Source of the DNA: Eremomyces bilateralis CBS 781.70
Taxonomy: Eukaryota
Length of the DNA stretch: 64,000 nucleotides
Strand: one strand, 5' to 3'
NCBI GenBank assembly: GCA_010015585.1
Contig: ML975181.1
Position numbers and translations under genes: made by a program. The notes below the pieces were generated by a model. That model saw only the letters and a list, made by a program, of their open reading frames with translations. It searched no databases and was not told the origin of the DNA. Positions 62,232 through 64,000 of this stretch are shown here, in pieces (position 1 is the first letter of the stretch; every line of letters starts with the position of its first letter).

Positions 62232-63181
62232 TGCGATCGTATTCGCTTCGTGAATCCGATTGGGGCAGCATGCACATCATTGGAACAAGTTCGGACTTCA
62301 GGAAACGATGGAAAGACGTAAATAATTGAGACTTATGATAGAATATCCGTATGGAACGGGACACGCGATCGCATCGCCAATTCGGAACAAATCACAATGT
62401 CAAAAGGAGGCAAAAGGTTGATCTTGGAGACGAAGGCACATGGCTGAAACTCGCAATCCTCCTTTCCGTCCCCTCACTCTTCCGACCTCTGCCAGACTTG
62501 CCGGGGTCTTGCAGGTCCAGAACCAATGCATGCATCGCCCAAAGCAGAATAGCCTATGAATGAGGCTGAGTGCATGAAGGAAGTAATACTGTACAGCCGT
62601 GCTCATCGGCTGCGAGGTGCGAGTTGCGATAGGCCCAGCATTTGGAGGTTTTGGTGGGATGGTTTCAGGTCTCTCCTGATTCCACGCGATATTAGGAAGA
62701 GCAGAGGGCAGCGGGAGCCCCACGAAGGACCGGTCCATCGGTTCCATGCATCCATTACATCGTGCCCTTCTCGGCGGGTTTACTACACAACTCTGGGTTG
62801 CCATGTTGTCACATAAGTAGGTACATATGTACAGAGTAGTAACGTATTGCCCGTGCTATCATCATCTGTGTTTGGAACTCACATAATTAGCCCCCAACCA
62901 TCTGGTAAGTTAACTCCGTCGTGTGGAGAAGGATCGAATGACCACATGCAGTGCTACCATTTCCTTGACTCATTTCCTTGACTCACCTAAACCTCGAAGC
63001 TCTATCCCTATTTCTTTTGCCCCGCTCCCTTCGTCAGGGCCTGAGGGGTTGTACTTGGTCGTCGTTCGTACAGCCGCCGCCCGAATGTCTCACATCTCGT
63101 TCTGCTGCCGTTCTCCTATTCTATTAGACCGACCTCACCCGTACAACTTGGATTCATTCTTTCCTGTACATCGAAGTCAAT

Positions 63182-63832
63182 ATGGCGGCCTCACGGCACA
63201 TCTTTCGAGACTATCCCAACCCGACCTTCCTTGAATCGGCTGGTGGAGTCGTCTTTGATCCTACCCGTACCAAGATCATCATCCTGTACGCCATTGAACA
63301 GTCCGAGTTCGTTCTGCCGAAGGGTCGACGAGACATTCACGAGAGTCGCGCGGCGGCGGCGATGCGAGAGGTGTATGAAGAGACGGGACTCCAGGCCGAG
63401 ATCCTTCCGACCTGCATGGAAACACGTGCGACCCCAAGTCTCGCCATGTTCAAGGCTAACAACCAGCTGGTGGACGACCACGACCCCAGAACGGTGGCAG
63501 ATGTGCCGAACATCCCGAGAAGGGTTGAGCAGTGCAAAGAGCCGTTTTGGTTGTGCGTCAGGGGGCCCAACGGGATGGGGCTTAAGCTCATCTGGTGGTA
63601 TACCTGCATTGTCAAAGACCATCGCTGGGGAAGCTTTACGGTCGATCGGGATGGGAAAATGTATGAGACGGGGAGTGAATACAAGTATGAGGTCTTTATG
63701 CTTGATATCGACAAAGCTATCGAAACTTTGACCTTCCAAGGGGATCGAGACGTGGTTAGAAAAGCGGTCGAGATCATGGACGGGAATGGTTCGGAAGGGC
63801 CCGAGGACAAGATATCCATGGCGTGCCTGTAA
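63182..63832 (+). CDS. Nudix hydrolase
   Basis: ESAGGVV and a complete Nudix box LPKG-RRDIH-E-SRAAAAM-REVYEETGL. Confidence 0.9.
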   Translation: MAASRHIFRDYPNPTFLESAGGVVFDPTRTKIIILYAIEQSEFVLPKGRRDIHESRAAAAMREVYEETGLQAEILPTCMETRATPSLAMFKANNQLVDDHDPRTVADVPNIPRRVEQCKEPFWLCVRGPNGMGLKLIWWYTCIVKDHRWGSFTVDRDGKMYETGSEYKYEVFMLDIDKAIETLTFQGDRDVVRKAVEIMDGNGSEGPEDKISMACL

Positions 63833-64000
63833 GATCACTGTTTCGCATCGTTGCATGTAATACCATTATCAGTCCGATTGGCAGCATTAGCGGTAGAGTA
63901 AAGTTTTCAACCTTAGATAATCATCCGTATTGACGAAAAGCCTGATACGAAGGAGGAAGAAGAGGGTAGAGAACGGTTCTGAAGTTGCTACCAAGCTTGT

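Noticed and set aside
63191..63856. 221-aa antisense ORF over the Nudix gene
   Set aside because: Shadow of the sense CDS; the sense strand carries the complete Nudix box.

Overview
Gene-dense euchromatic window from a filamentous ascomycete (Pezizomycotina-type): short ~50-nt GT-AG introns with CTRAC/CTAAC branch sites. I can support 23 protein-coding genes. Most are housekeeping: a partial SNF2 helicase, VMA2, an SPX phosphate transporter, enoyl-CoA hydratase, EMC6, a CLIP-170 homologue, TRM5, kinesin-3, CYP53, PCNA, a Baeyer-Villiger monooxygenase, SNX4, COA3, PTA1, a DUF2306-like membrane protein, a Zn2Cys6 factor, aldose 1-epimerase, EXO1, CTNNBL1, L-arabinitol dehydrogenase, a HeLo-like/ankyrin protein and a Nudix hydrolase. 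One ORF is an orphan. Three genes (SNF2 helicase, EMC6, COA3) are absent from the supplied ORF track and were reconstructed by hand. There is one clear 231-bp MITE with a TA target duplication. I found no rRNA, tRNA, CRISPR array or clearly novel multi-gene system. Best leads: (i) a candidate GUG-initiated 65-aa N-terminal extension plus an abutting uORF on the SPX transporter; (ii) repeated, orientation-independent C-rich to G-rich strand-skew switches inside many genes; (iii) a recurring intergenic TAGTTAACTTA-like motif; (iv) a HeLo-like + ankyrin protein with no NACHT domain; (v) three clustered E-boxes upstream of VMA2. All family assignments come from motif recognition by eye, not from database searches.
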